A program made the position numbers and the translations under genes. Below, piece by piece: positions 10,155-18,284 of a stretch of 52,740 nt of DNA (position 1 is its first letter; the number at the start of each line of letters is the position of its first letter). The notes below the pieces were generated by a model. The model saw only the letters and a list, made by a program, of their open reading frames with translations, was not told where the DNA came from and ran no database searches. The DNA comes from a bacterium (GTDB lineage Bacteria > Actinomycetota > UBA4738 > HRBIN12), in contig JAHEXX010000001.1 in the NCBI GenBank assembly GCA_023251895.1, positions 18,965 to 71,704 of the forward strand, in the 5' to 3' direction.

Positions 10155-11378
10155 ATGACCAGCGACGGAACTGCCACTGCGGAGTGGGGACGGATCCTCG
10201 CCTCGCGAACCGGCGCCGGCGTGGGAGAAGGCCTCGCCTCAATCCTGTCACTCTCGGGAGCGGGCGACGTGATCTCCTTCTCCGGGGGCTTCCCCGACCC
10301 CGCGACCTTCCCGGGCGAGGTGCTGGCGGATATCGTGCGCGAACTCGTCCTGTCGGGCGACGCGTCCGCCTTCCAATACGGGCCGACGGAGGGCCTGCCC
10401 GGCCCCCGGGATTTCATCGCGGGGCGTCTGCAGGACCGCGAGGGGCGGCGTCCCGAGGATCGGGAGCTGGTCATCACGAGCGGGGCAATCGAGGCGCTCG
10501 AGCTCCTAGGGAAGGCTTGCCTGGACCGGGCCGACGTCGTGCTGGTGGAGGCCCCCACCTACCTCGGAGCGATCATGGCCTTTCGGAGCTTTGAGACCGA
10601 CGTCCGCGCCGTCCCGATCGACGACGACGGGCTCCGCGTCGACCTGCTCGAGCAGGCGCTCTCCGTGGGAGAGCGTCCCAAGCTCCTGTACACCATCCCA
10701 GACCATCAGAACCCCGCTGGGGTGAGCCTGTCGATGGAGCGGCGCCTGGCGCTGGTGGATATGGCTCGCCGATACGGTCTGCTCCTGATTGAGGACGTGG
10801 CGTACCGAGAGATGGGGTTCGGCTCCGAGCGGCCGGACAGCCTGTGGGCGCTCGCGCCCGACTCTGTGGTTCAGGTCGGCACCTTCTCGAAGACGTTCTT
10901 CCCCGGCGTCCGCCTGGGCTGGGCGGTCGGCCCCCCGCAGGTGGTGACGGAACTCGTCCGAGCGAAGCAGGTCACCGACCAGTGCGCGGGAGCGCTCGGG
11001 CAGCGGCTCCTTGAGGAGTACGGGCGTCGCGGTCTGCTAGAAGCCCAGAATGAGCGAGCCCGAGCACTCTATGGGGCGCGCTGCAGGCTACTCCTCGACG
11101 CCCTCGAGAACGAGATGCCGGCCGGGGTCGCGTGGACGCGGCCAGGCGGGGGCTTCTTCACCTGGCTCACGTTGCCCGAGGGCGTGAGCGCGGTGGCTCT
11201 CGCCGAGCGGGCCATGGAGCAGCGGGTGGCCTTCGTCCCCGGGCCACCCTTCTTCCCCGACGGGCAGGGGGATAGCAACTTGCGGCTGGCGTTTAGCCGG
11301 ATCCGCGAGGACGACATCGTCGAGGGAGCACGTCGTCTGGGCGTAATGATTCGGCGCGCGATGGAGGGAGGAGCGTGA
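10155..11378 (+). CDS. PLP-dependent aminotransferase (class I/II fold, 2-aminoadipate/LysN-like)
   Basis: YGPTEGLPGPR, TSGAIEAL, NPAGVSL, and GTFSKTFFPGVRLGW (the PLP lysine). GGAGG lies 8 nt upstream of the ATG. Confidence 0.85.
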   Translation: MTSDGTATAEWGRILASRTGAGVGEGLASILSLSGAGDVISFSGGFPDPATFPGEVLADIVRELVLSGDASAFQYGPTEGLPGPRDFIAGRLQDREGRRPEDRELVITSGAIEALELLGKACLDRADVVLVEAPTYLGAIMAFRSFETDVRAVPIDDDGLRVDLLEQALSVGERPKLLYTIPDHQNPAGVSLSMERRLALVDMARRYGLLLIEDVAYREMGFGSERPDSLWALAPDSVVQVGTFSKTFFPGVRLGWAVGPPQVVTELVRAKQVTDQCAGALGQRLLEEYGRRGLLEAQNERARALYGARCRLLLDALENEMPAGVAWTRPGGGFFTWLTLPEGVSAVALAERAMEQRVAFVPGPPFFPDGQGDSNLRLAFSRIREDDIVEGARRLGVMIRRAMEGGA

Positions 11379-11821
11379 TGGAGGACGAATATTTCGCGAT
11401 GCAGGCCGGGCCCCCGGGTGTGGCGCAGGGTCTGGGCCGCTACTTCGACGTGGACGCGATCGCCCCGGTCGAGTTTGCGCGGGGGCTGGCGTTCCGGCCC
11501 GTGCTCGGGGAGCGGCTCCTCGTGAACTTCGTTCGCTACGATCCCCACTCGGTGGCCCCCATGCACGCCCACGAGGAGGAACAGGTGACCTTCGTGGTTG
11601 AGGGCGAATTCGAGTTCGACCTCGACGGGGACGTGCGGACGATGCGCGCGGGGAACGCCGTCCTGATCCCGCCCCACGTCCCCCACGGCGCCCGAACGCT
11701 CGACACCCCCTGCTTCGAGATCGATGTGTTCTCGCCACCCCGCCGAGCCTTGATCGAGGCCGCTCGTCGGGCCGCGGCGACCGATGCTGTGCCTAACGGG
11801 GGCACGGAGAGCGAACCGTGA
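11375..11821 (+). CDS. Cupin domain protein
   Basis: PMHAHEEEQVTFVVEGEFEFDLDG...IPPHVPHG are the two-motif cupin metal ligands. The GTG/ATG start overlaps the upstream stop. Confidence 0.75.
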   Translation: MMEDEYFAMQAGPPGVAQGLGRYFDVDAIAPVEFARGLAFRPVLGERLLVNFVRYDPHSVAPMHAHEEEQVTFVVEGEFEFDLDGDVRTMRAGNAVLIPPHVPHGARTLDTPCFEIDVFSPPRRALIEAARRAAATDAVPNGGTESEP

Positions 11822-12609
11822 GCGATGTGGCACCCGCGCTCCTCGGCCGGAAGGCCGTCGTCACGGGCGGGTCGAAAGGCCTTGGTCGCGCAATCGCGGC
11901 GGAGCTCGCATCCCACGGCGCCGACGTCGCTGTGTGCGCCCGGGGCAGTGATGCATTGGCCATCGCGGCCGGGGAGCTGCGAGCGAGCGGTCGCGTGATC
12001 CACGCGCAGGTCGCCGACGTCACGGTCGCGGAGCAGGTCCGGGACTTCGTCGCTGCGTCCGCCGAGGCGCTGGGCGGGATCGACATCCTCGTGAACAACG
12101 CCGGTGCGGCGCACCCGGGGACGTTCGAGACACTCACGGACGGGGACTGGCAGGCGGACTTGGATGTGAAGCTCTTCTCGATGATCCGCTGCAGCCGGGA
12201 GGTTATCCCTCACATGCGGCGCCGGGGCGGGGGTCGGATCATCAACATCAACGCGGTGTACGGCCGCTATCCCGACCCCACGTTCTTCGCTACGTCCGTG
12301 AACCGGGCTGCCTGCCTGGCCTTCACGAAGACCCTCGCTGTGCAACTCGCCCCGGCGGGGATCCTGGTCAACAGCGTGAACGTAGGGTTCGTCGTGACCT
12401 CGCAGTGGAAGAACATCCACCGGCAACGAGCCCCGGCGATGAGTGAGGAGGAGTTCTTCGAAGGCATGGCGCGCGGCGAGGTCCCCCTAGGGCGCTTCGG
12501 CCGGCCGGATGAGGTCTCCGGGATCGTGACGTTCCTCGCCGGCGATCGGGCCTCCTACATCACCGGGGCGTCGATCGACGTCGCCGGCGGCATGGGAAAG
12601 TACGTTTGA
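11818..12609 (+). CDS. SDR family oxidoreductase
   Basis: GRKAVVTGGSKGLGRAIA (TGxxxGxG) and NNAG. GTGA overlap with the cupin gene. Confidence 0.85.
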   Translation: MSDVAPALLGRKAVVTGGSKGLGRAIAAELASHGADVAVCARGSDALAIAAGELRASGRVIHAQVADVTVAEQVRDFVAASAEALGGIDILVNNAGAAHPGTFETLTDGDWQADLDVKLFSMIRCSREVIPHMRRRGGGRIININAVYGRYPDPTFFATSVNRAACLAFTKTLAVQLAPAGILVNSVNVGFVVTSQWKNIHRQRAPAMSEEEFFEGMARGEVPLGRFGRPDEVSGIVTFLAGDRASYITGASIDVAGGMGKYV

Positions 12610-12856
12610 CGGGAGGCGGAACGACCTAGCCATTAGTGAGCGAGCCTCCGACCGACCAGCTTGGGTGTCCCGCGAGGCGCACGGTTCCTGCACTTGGCTC
12701 CACCGACGGCAATGTGTCCCCAGCTGCCGCGCATCTCCCGTACGTCCCGTTCGATCGGCTCGGCGTTTGGATTCCTTCCCGGGGCACAGGTCCGAGTTGG
12801 TCCCTTGGTCCATGCCAGGGAGCACAGGCCGCTCGGCGGGGGTCCGGCACCACCTG

Positions 12857-12930
12857 AGGTTTTGACACCGCTCCGGCTGATCTTTGACGTCGGATGATCT
12901 TTGACGGTGGCTGCGGATGATGCTTGACGG
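12857..12930. repeat. Four spaced (T/C)TTGAC boxes; three sit in a longer GAT(G/C)ATCTTTGACG-like unit, upstream of the transposase fragment
   Basis: gctGATCTTTGACGt (12876-12890), GATGATCTTTGACGg (12893-12907), GATGATGCTTGACGg (12916-12930), plus ggTTTTGACac at about 12859-12868. Confidence 0.5.
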
Positions 12931-12984
12931 CGGCCCTTCTGACCCTTCGCCTTGTCTCGGCCCCGGTCGAGGAGGGGGTGGGCC

Positions 12985-13179
12985 GTGCTGGTGGAGCTCA
13001 GCGTCATGGAACAGCCGTACCAGGCGGTGCTGGCGGTGGTGCAGAACGGCTGGAAGGTCGTCGAGGTCGCCCGGCGACTCGGAGTCAGCAAGCCTCGTCG
13101 CGACAAGATTCGCCAGATCGTAGCCGCCGATGGGGCGCGGCCAGGCAGAGACCCCCAGCGGCAGCCACCCGATCCCTGA
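12985..13179 (+). pseudogene. IS481-like transposase, N-terminal HTH fragment only
   Basis: VLVELSVMEQPYQAVLAVVQNGWKVVEVARRLGVS resembles the N-terminus of actinobacterial IS481-family transposases (recalled). The GTG is preceded by GAGGAGGGGG. The frame ends after 64 codons with no DDE domain. Confidence 0.6.
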
Positions 13180-13185
13180 GCCTCA

Positions 13186-13212
13186 GGTGACGCCGGAGCG
13201 TCCGGCGTCACC
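13186..13212. other. Perfect 12-bp-stem hairpin (GGTGACGCCGGA gcg TCCGGCGTCACC) at the junction of two IS fragments
   Basis: Read directly from the sequence; it starts 7 nt after the stop of the transposase fragment. Confidence 0.7.
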
Positions 13213-13265
13213 CAGAACACGACACTGGTCCGTGCCCCCGGGAGTGTGGAGCTGACGGTGTTCGC

Positions 13266-13385
13266 TCACACCGGACTCGTGGTTTTCTCGCGGGGTCTCT
13301 TATAGGGCGTCTGGCCCCCGAGCCCCCAGTGTGGACGGTTGTAGTTGTAGAAGTCCTCCCACTCCTGGAGGCGATCCCAATCGGT
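13266..13385 (-). pseudogene. DDE transposase (IS481/IS3-type integrase core), C-terminal 39-codon fragment
   Basis: Own translation: TDWDRLQEWEDFYNYNRPHWGLGGQTPYKRPREKTTSPV*. The FYNxxRPHxxLGGxTP tail is characteristic of rve-type transposases. A stop codon lies immediately upstream. Confidence 0.6.
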
Positions 13386-13564
13386 TCATCGCGGGGATCC
13401 CGGCAACATGGGTCCCAGTGTTCAGTATGTCGAATGGACGAGATTTCGCCTATCGGCCCTGACACTCGCCTTGTGCAGGCAATCTGTACGGCGCCGGGCC
13501 CGCGATTTGCCCTCCACCTGACCTCTGTTTAGTATCGCGAACGGTCCACTTGCCCTGGGGGTGC

Positions 13565-14737
13565 ATGATGAGGACACGGTCAGAAGAATCCTTGCCGTTT
13601 CGCCTGAGCCGACGGGACCTGCTTCGTCACGGGGTGAAAGGTGCAGGAGTCCTGGTGGCTGTCGGTCCGCTCTCAGCAATCCTCGCCGCGTGCGGAGGAG
13701 GGGAGAAGGGCGGAGGCGGCGGTTCTCCGACCGCAGGCAGCACGGGTCCTGGTATCACGGCTGCTCAGATCCAGAACGCGAGCGGCACCGTGAAAGTGCT
13801 GGGCTGGGAGTGGTACAAGGTTCCCGAATCGAACCCCCCGGGTCTCACGGTGAAATGGGGCTACCTGTCCGCGAACGAGGACACGATTACCAAGACCCAA
13901 CAGCCTGGGACGTTCGACTTGTTGACGATCTTTCAGGGGGAGATCGACCAGCTCCTCGCCGTGGACCGGATCGTGCCGATCGACGTCACTCTCATCCCCA
14001 ATTTCACCGCGATGAACTCAATGTTCCAGAACACCGATGTGATTCGGCGTGACGGCCAGGTCTACGCCGTCCCCTTCCAATGGGGCTATGCCTACGTTAC
14101 CTACGACTCGCGTCAAACGAGCGCGCCGACGTCCCTGGACGACCTCATGTCGCCCTCACTCAAGAAGAAGATCGGAGTTCCAGACGATCCCTACGCGGTC
14201 ATCACGACCTTCGCGAAGCTAACCGGATTCGACAATGCGAATCGGCTCACACCGGACCAGTTTCAGCAGGTCCTGAACACCATGCACGCATTCAAGCCAC
14301 AACTGCGAACGATATATACATACGGCGAAGCGCCGCAGCTGCTCGGGCGCCAGGACATCGCTATCGCGTTCCCGGAGTTTGGGCCGACCGTCCTAGATGC
14401 TACGAAGGCAGGAGCGGATGCCCATATGCAGCTGCTCGCCGCGTGGAGCTACGTCGATTGCCTCATGATCGTGAAGTCAACAGCCAACCTGGCTGGGGAC
14501 TACGGGTGGATCAATCAGGCGATCGGGGAGCAGTCGGAGGCCGCCGTGTCCGCGAACGGCCTTGCCTTCCCCGTGGTCGACGCTGCGGTCACGGCCCTTC
14601 CGAAATCGCTCCAGTACACGACCCCAACGGACATCCTGAATGAGGCACCGCTGCAGCCCGGCCCCCCGATCGACAGTAGTCAGGGCTTCGTCCCGTTCCA
14701 AGACTGGCTCAGCGCGTGGAATGACTACAAGTCCTAG
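13565..14737 (+). CDS. ABC transporter substrate-binding lipoprotein, spermidine/putrescine (PotD/PotF)-like, with a Tat-type signal
   Basis: SRRDLLRHG twin-arginine motif followed by the lipobox LAAC. The extracellular binding protein reads directly into the permease and ATPase genes. Confidence 0.75.
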   Translation: MMRTRSEESLPFRLSRRDLLRHGVKGAGVLVAVGPLSAILAACGGGEKGGGGGSPTAGSTGPGITAAQIQNASGTVKVLGWEWYKVPESNPPGLTVKWGYLSANEDTITKTQQPGTFDLLTIFQGEIDQLLAVDRIVPIDVTLIPNFTAMNSMFQNTDVIRRDGQVYAVPFQWGYAYVTYDSRQTSAPTSLDDLMSPSLKKKIGVPDDPYAVITTFAKLTGFDNANRLTPDQFQQVLNTMHAFKPQLRTIYTYGEAPQLLGRQDIAIAFPEFGPTVLDATKAGADAHMQLLAAWSYVDCLMIVKSTANLAGDYGWINQAIGEQSEAAVSANGLAFPVVDAAVTALPKSLQYTTPTDILNEAPLQPGPPIDSSQGFVPFQDWLSAWNDYKS

Positions 14738-16535
14738 GCTGGCGGGAAGCGAGCTAGGGCTTGGAGCAGATCTGCGTGCCTCGCCCGAAGGGCCGGGGGG
14801 ACGAGCATGTCTTCTGGCACCCGGGGCGATACCCCTGTCCTCGTACCTGCTGGTCTTCCTGGCATTGCCTGTGGGCGTCCTTGCGCTGTACAGCGTCTGG
14901 ACGGCTGGGTTCTTCACTGTTATCCGACAGTTCACGCTTGCGAACTACGCGAAGGTCTTCTCGGACGCTACCTACCGGGTTCTGTTCCTCAAGACGCTCG
15001 GAATCGGGCTCGTCTGCGCGACCCTGCTTGTGGTCTGCGGCTTCGCCATGGCCTATGCGATCACATTCAAGCTCGTGCGGTGGGGTCCTCGGATCCTGGT
15101 TCTGGTCACGGCGACCCTTCTCGCGAGCTACCTCGTTCGCATCTACGCGTGGAAGGCGATCCTGGGTGACCAGGGACTGCTGAACCGGGTCCTGCTCGAC
15201 ATCGGAGTGATTGCGCAACCCTTGAGGTTCCTGCTGTACGGCTACTTCGCGATCGTGCTCACTCTCGTCTACGTCTACTTGCCCTTCTCGGTGTTGCTCA
15301 TCTATGCCGGCCTGCAGAATATCGATAGCCAGGTCTTCGAAGCCTCGCGCGATCTTGGCGCCAGCAGGTTCCGCACTTTTCGGAAGGTGACCTTGCGGCT
15401 CGCTGCTCCGGCATTGTGGGTAGCGTTTGCCGTGTGCTTCATCCTGACCACTGCCGACTACGTGACCCCGCAGCTGGTGGGCGGGCTCCAGGGCCAGATG
15501 GTGGGACGGGTGATCAGCGACCAATTCGGAGGGGGCGCAAACTACCCCCTGGGCGCTGCTATGTCTATGGTCCTCGTAGTCGCGATGGCGGTCACACTCG
15601 CCATCTGTTACGCGGTAGCTCGGATCCTTGCGGTGGCCGGGCGGCGCTTGAGCGCCGCCGTGCGGAATCTTCGGTCGGTGGAAGAGCGGACTATTCGACG
15701 CCGGCAGTTCTTCGGACGAGTTGTGCATGGGTTTCCGTATACGGAAACCCTCACGGCGGCGTTGCTCCTGTTCCTCATTCTTCCGCTGGCCGTGGTCATC
15801 GTCTTCTCTCTGAACAGAGCAGACATACCCGGTCTTCCCTTCAAAGGCGTGACGCTCCGTTGGTACGGTGAGGTGATGCGCCAAGCGGAGTTCCGGGCTG
15901 TGCTGTGGACGAGTGTGCGCGTCATGGCAATGTCGGTTATCGCGAGTCTCCTGATCGGGGTCCCGGCGGCGTTTGCGCTTGTGCGGAAGCAGTTTCGACT
16001 CAGTGGCGTCGTCCGGACCACGGTCTTTGGCCCGGTGGCGATCCCTGGGGTGGTGATCGGGGTAGCGCTGCTCACAACATTTGTCTTCCTCAGCATCCCC
16101 CTCGGTCTTCTGCCGATAGCGGTTGCCCACACACTTCTCCTTGCTCCCTATGTAGTTTTGGTGGTCCGTTCGAGGCTCCTAGAGATGGACCCACGTATTG
16201 AGGAGGCAGCTCGCGATCTTGGCTCCGGCCGCCGGCGCGTATTCCGAACGATCACGTTGCCTCTTTTGCTTCCTTCTCTGATCGGTGCCGCTCTCTTGTG
16301 CGCCGCCATCTCACTCGACGATGTCATCGTGACGAACTTCGTCAGTGGGACAAGTCCCACTGTTCCCGTGTGGATTCTGGGTGTGATGCGACGGACCTTT
16401 ACTCCAACTGTCAACGCGGTCGCGGTGCTCATCCTGGGGGGGAGTCTGATGCTCATTGCCATCTCGGCGGTTGTCTTCCGCCGCGGCCGAACCACACGAC
16501 TCACCCAGATCGTGGCTGGAGGCCACGGTGTTTGA
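14721..16535 (+). CDS. Fused ABC transporter permease (PotB-like plus PotC-like halves in one polypeptide)
   Basis: Two EAA-loop motifs (EASRDLGASRFRTFRKVTLRLAAP and EAARDLGSGRRRVFRTITLPLLLPS) and about 12 hydrophobic segments. The start is uncertain: ATG 14721 overlaps the SBP gene by 17 nt; ATG 14640 is the alternative. Confidence 0.8.
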   Translation: MTTSPRLAGSELGLGADLRASPEGPGGRACLLAPGAIPLSSYLLVFLALPVGVLALYSVWTAGFFTVIRQFTLANYAKVFSDATYRVLFLKTLGIGLVCATLLVVCGFAMAYAITFKLVRWGPRILVLVTATLLASYLVRIYAWKAILGDQGLLNRVLLDIGVIAQPLRFLLYGYFAIVLTLVYVYLPFSVLLIYAGLQNIDSQVFEASRDLGASRFRTFRKVTLRLAAPALWVAFAVCFILTTADYVTPQLVGGLQGQMVGRVISDQFGGGANYPLGAAMSMVLVVAMAVTLAICYAVARILAVAGRRLSAAVRNLRSVEERTIRRRQFFGRVVHGFPYTETLTAALLLFLILPLAVVIVFSLNRADIPGLPFKGVTLRWYGEVMRQAEFRAVLWTSVRVMAMSVIASLLIGVPAAFALVRKQFRLSGVVRTTVFGPVAIPGVVIGVALLTTFVFLSIPLGLLPIAVAHTLLLAPYVVLVVRSRLLEMDPRIEEAARDLGSGRRRVFRTITLPLLLPSLIGAALLCAAISLDDVIVTNFVSGTSPTVPVWILGVMRRTFTPTVNAVAVLILGGSLMLIAISAVVFRRGRTTRLTQIVAGGHGV

Positions 16536-17673
16536 TTCCACCGTCGAGGCGTCTGCCCAGGGCGCCGCCCGAACCCATGTTCCGTCACTCTTGTCCCTGC
16601 GGCACGTTCGCAAGGAGTTCGACGGGTTAGTCGCAGTCCGCGAGGTTGATCTCGATGTGCGGGAAGGAGAATTCATCACGTTGCTCGGCCCTTCTGGGTG
16701 CGGAAAGACGACGCTGCTGCGGATGATTGCCGGTTTCGAGCGCCCCACCGCTGGCAGCATCCTCCTGGAGGGCGAGGATATCGTCAGGTGGCCTCCCGAG
16801 CTGCGGCCCTTCAACATGGTTTTCCAGAACTACGCCCTCTTCCCTCACTTGACCGTCTTCGACAACGTGGCCTACGGCCTGCGCACGGCGAGAGTCCCCG
16901 AAGAGGTGGCTCGCCGGCGCGTGTTGTCAGCCCTGGAGATGGTGGGGCTCGAAGACCGTGCTGCCGTGAACGTGAAAGCGCTATCAGGGGGCCAGCAGCA
17001 GCGCGTGGCGTTGGTGCGGGCCATCGTGAACGAGCCCAAGGTGCTCCTGCTTGACGAGCCGTTGGGCGCCCTAGACCTCAAACTGCGCAAACGCATGCAG
17101 GACGAGTTGCGAGCGATCCAGCGCCGCGTCAACACCACTTTCATCTACGTGACGCACGACCAAGAAGAGGCGTTGGTCATGAGCCATCGAATCGTTCTGA
17201 TTCGGGATGGGCAGTTGGTGCAGGTAGGCACTCCCGAGGACGTCTATCAGCGCCCGCAAACTCGTTTCGTCGCTGAGTTCGTGGGCGAAGCCAACATGCT
17301 GGGCTGTTCCGTGCTGGGGCGGGAGGCGGACGGAATCCGCGTCCGTCTCGACCTCACCGGTTATGAGGCTGTTTTCGCCTACTACGGGAGCGATCGATTG
17401 GACCCCGGCGAGCCGGGGCTCGTGGCCGTGCGGCCGGAGCACCTGCACGTCGCGCCACCCGAGCAAGCCGACTTCGTAGGTCTGTTGGCAGGCCGCGTGC
17501 TTCTGGGTCCTGTCGTCATCTACGAGATTGCATTGGCCTCTGACTACGTGGTTCGCGCACAGGCCCAACCGACCGACAACGTCGAGATTGGGGCCCGTGT
17601 GGGAGTTTCGGTACTGCCGGGTCGGGGAGTCTTGGTTCACCGAGAGGAGAGCGCCATTGAGCCCACCGACTGA
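16528..17673 (+). CDS. ABC transporter ATP-binding protein (PotA-like)
   Basis: Walker A GPSGCGKTT, signature LSGGQQQR, Walker B LLLDEP. The GTG at 16528 is preceded by GGAGG and overlaps the permease stop. Confidence 0.9.
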   Translation: MFDSTVEASAQGAARTHVPSLLSLRHVRKEFDGLVAVREVDLDVREGEFITLLGPSGCGKTTLLRMIAGFERPTAGSILLEGEDIVRWPPELRPFNMVFQNYALFPHLTVFDNVAYGLRTARVPEEVARRRVLSALEMVGLEDRAAVNVKALSGGQQQRVALVRAIVNEPKVLLLDEPLGALDLKLRKRMQDELRAIQRRVNTTFIYVTHDQEEALVMSHRIVLIRDGQLVQVGTPEDVYQRPQTRFVAEFVGEANMLGCSVLGREADGIRVRLDLTGYEAVFAYYGSDRLDPGEPGLVAVRPEHLHVAPPEQADFVGLLAGRVLLGPVVIYEIALASDYVVRAQAQPTDNVEIGARVGVSVLPGRGVLVHREESAIEPTD

Positions 17674-17737
17674 ATCGCGTGCCCAGGCTCGTGGAGCCCC
17701 AAGGGCTGAGGTTGAAGCCGGACGTGGAGCGCAGTCG

Positions 17738-18274
17738 TTGGGTGCCCGTGTCAAACGACTTCGCGCGGATCGCGGGCTGAGTTTGCGCGAGCTCGCCTCG
17801 ACGAGCGGCGTCAGTGCAAGCCTTCTCTCCCAGCTCGAGCGCGACCGGGCAAACCCCAGCATCGCCACGCTCCAGCGGGTTGCCCAGAGTCTAAGAGTCT
17901 CGATCTTCGCCCTCCTGCCGGAGGATGGATCGAGCGGAGCCACCGTGGTTCGTCCAGACAACCGACGCAAGCTCGTGATTCAGGACGGGCAGCTCCGATA
18001 CGAGCTCTTGTCGCCGGATACGAATCGACAAATGGAAGTCTGGATAGGACGCCTGAGGGCTGGGGCACAGATGGGCTCGGAAACGTCCAGCCATCCCTCG
18101 GAGGAGTTCATCCTCGTCTTGCGTGGCCAGATGGAGATCACCATCGGCGCTGATACGCACCGACTCGAGGAGGGGTGCTCCATCCAATACGACGGGCACA
18201 TGCCCCACCGCATCACGAATGTGGGTGAGGAGGAGTTGGTGCTCCTATCTGCCCTTACCCCTCCGACGTTGTAG
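17738..18274 (+). CDS. XRE-family HTH plus C-terminal cupin transcriptional regulator (PuuR-like architecture)
   Basis: LGARVKRLRADRGLSLRELASTSGVSASLLSQLERDRANPSIATLQRVAQSL (HTH_3), then HPSEEFILVLRGQMEI...GHMPHRITN (cupin). The TTG start is inferred. Confidence 0.75.
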   Translation: MGARVKRLRADRGLSLRELASTSGVSASLLSQLERDRANPSIATLQRVAQSLRVSIFALLPEDGSSGATVVRPDNRRKLVIQDGQLRYELLSPDTNRQMEVWIGRLRAGAQMGSETSSHPSEEFILVLRGQMEITIGADTHRLEEGCSIQYDGHMPHRITNVGEEELVLLSALTPPTL

Positions 18275-18284
18275 GAGCATTCCG

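Noticed and set aside
13085-13130. Minus-strand peptide SAATIWRILSRRGLL, which looks like a transposase HTH.
   Set aside because: It is the reverse-complement reading of the same DNA that encodes the stronger plus-strand IS481-like N-terminus (..ARRLGVSKPRRDKIRQIVAADG..). Both cannot be real. The plus frame has an SD and the longer family-typical match.
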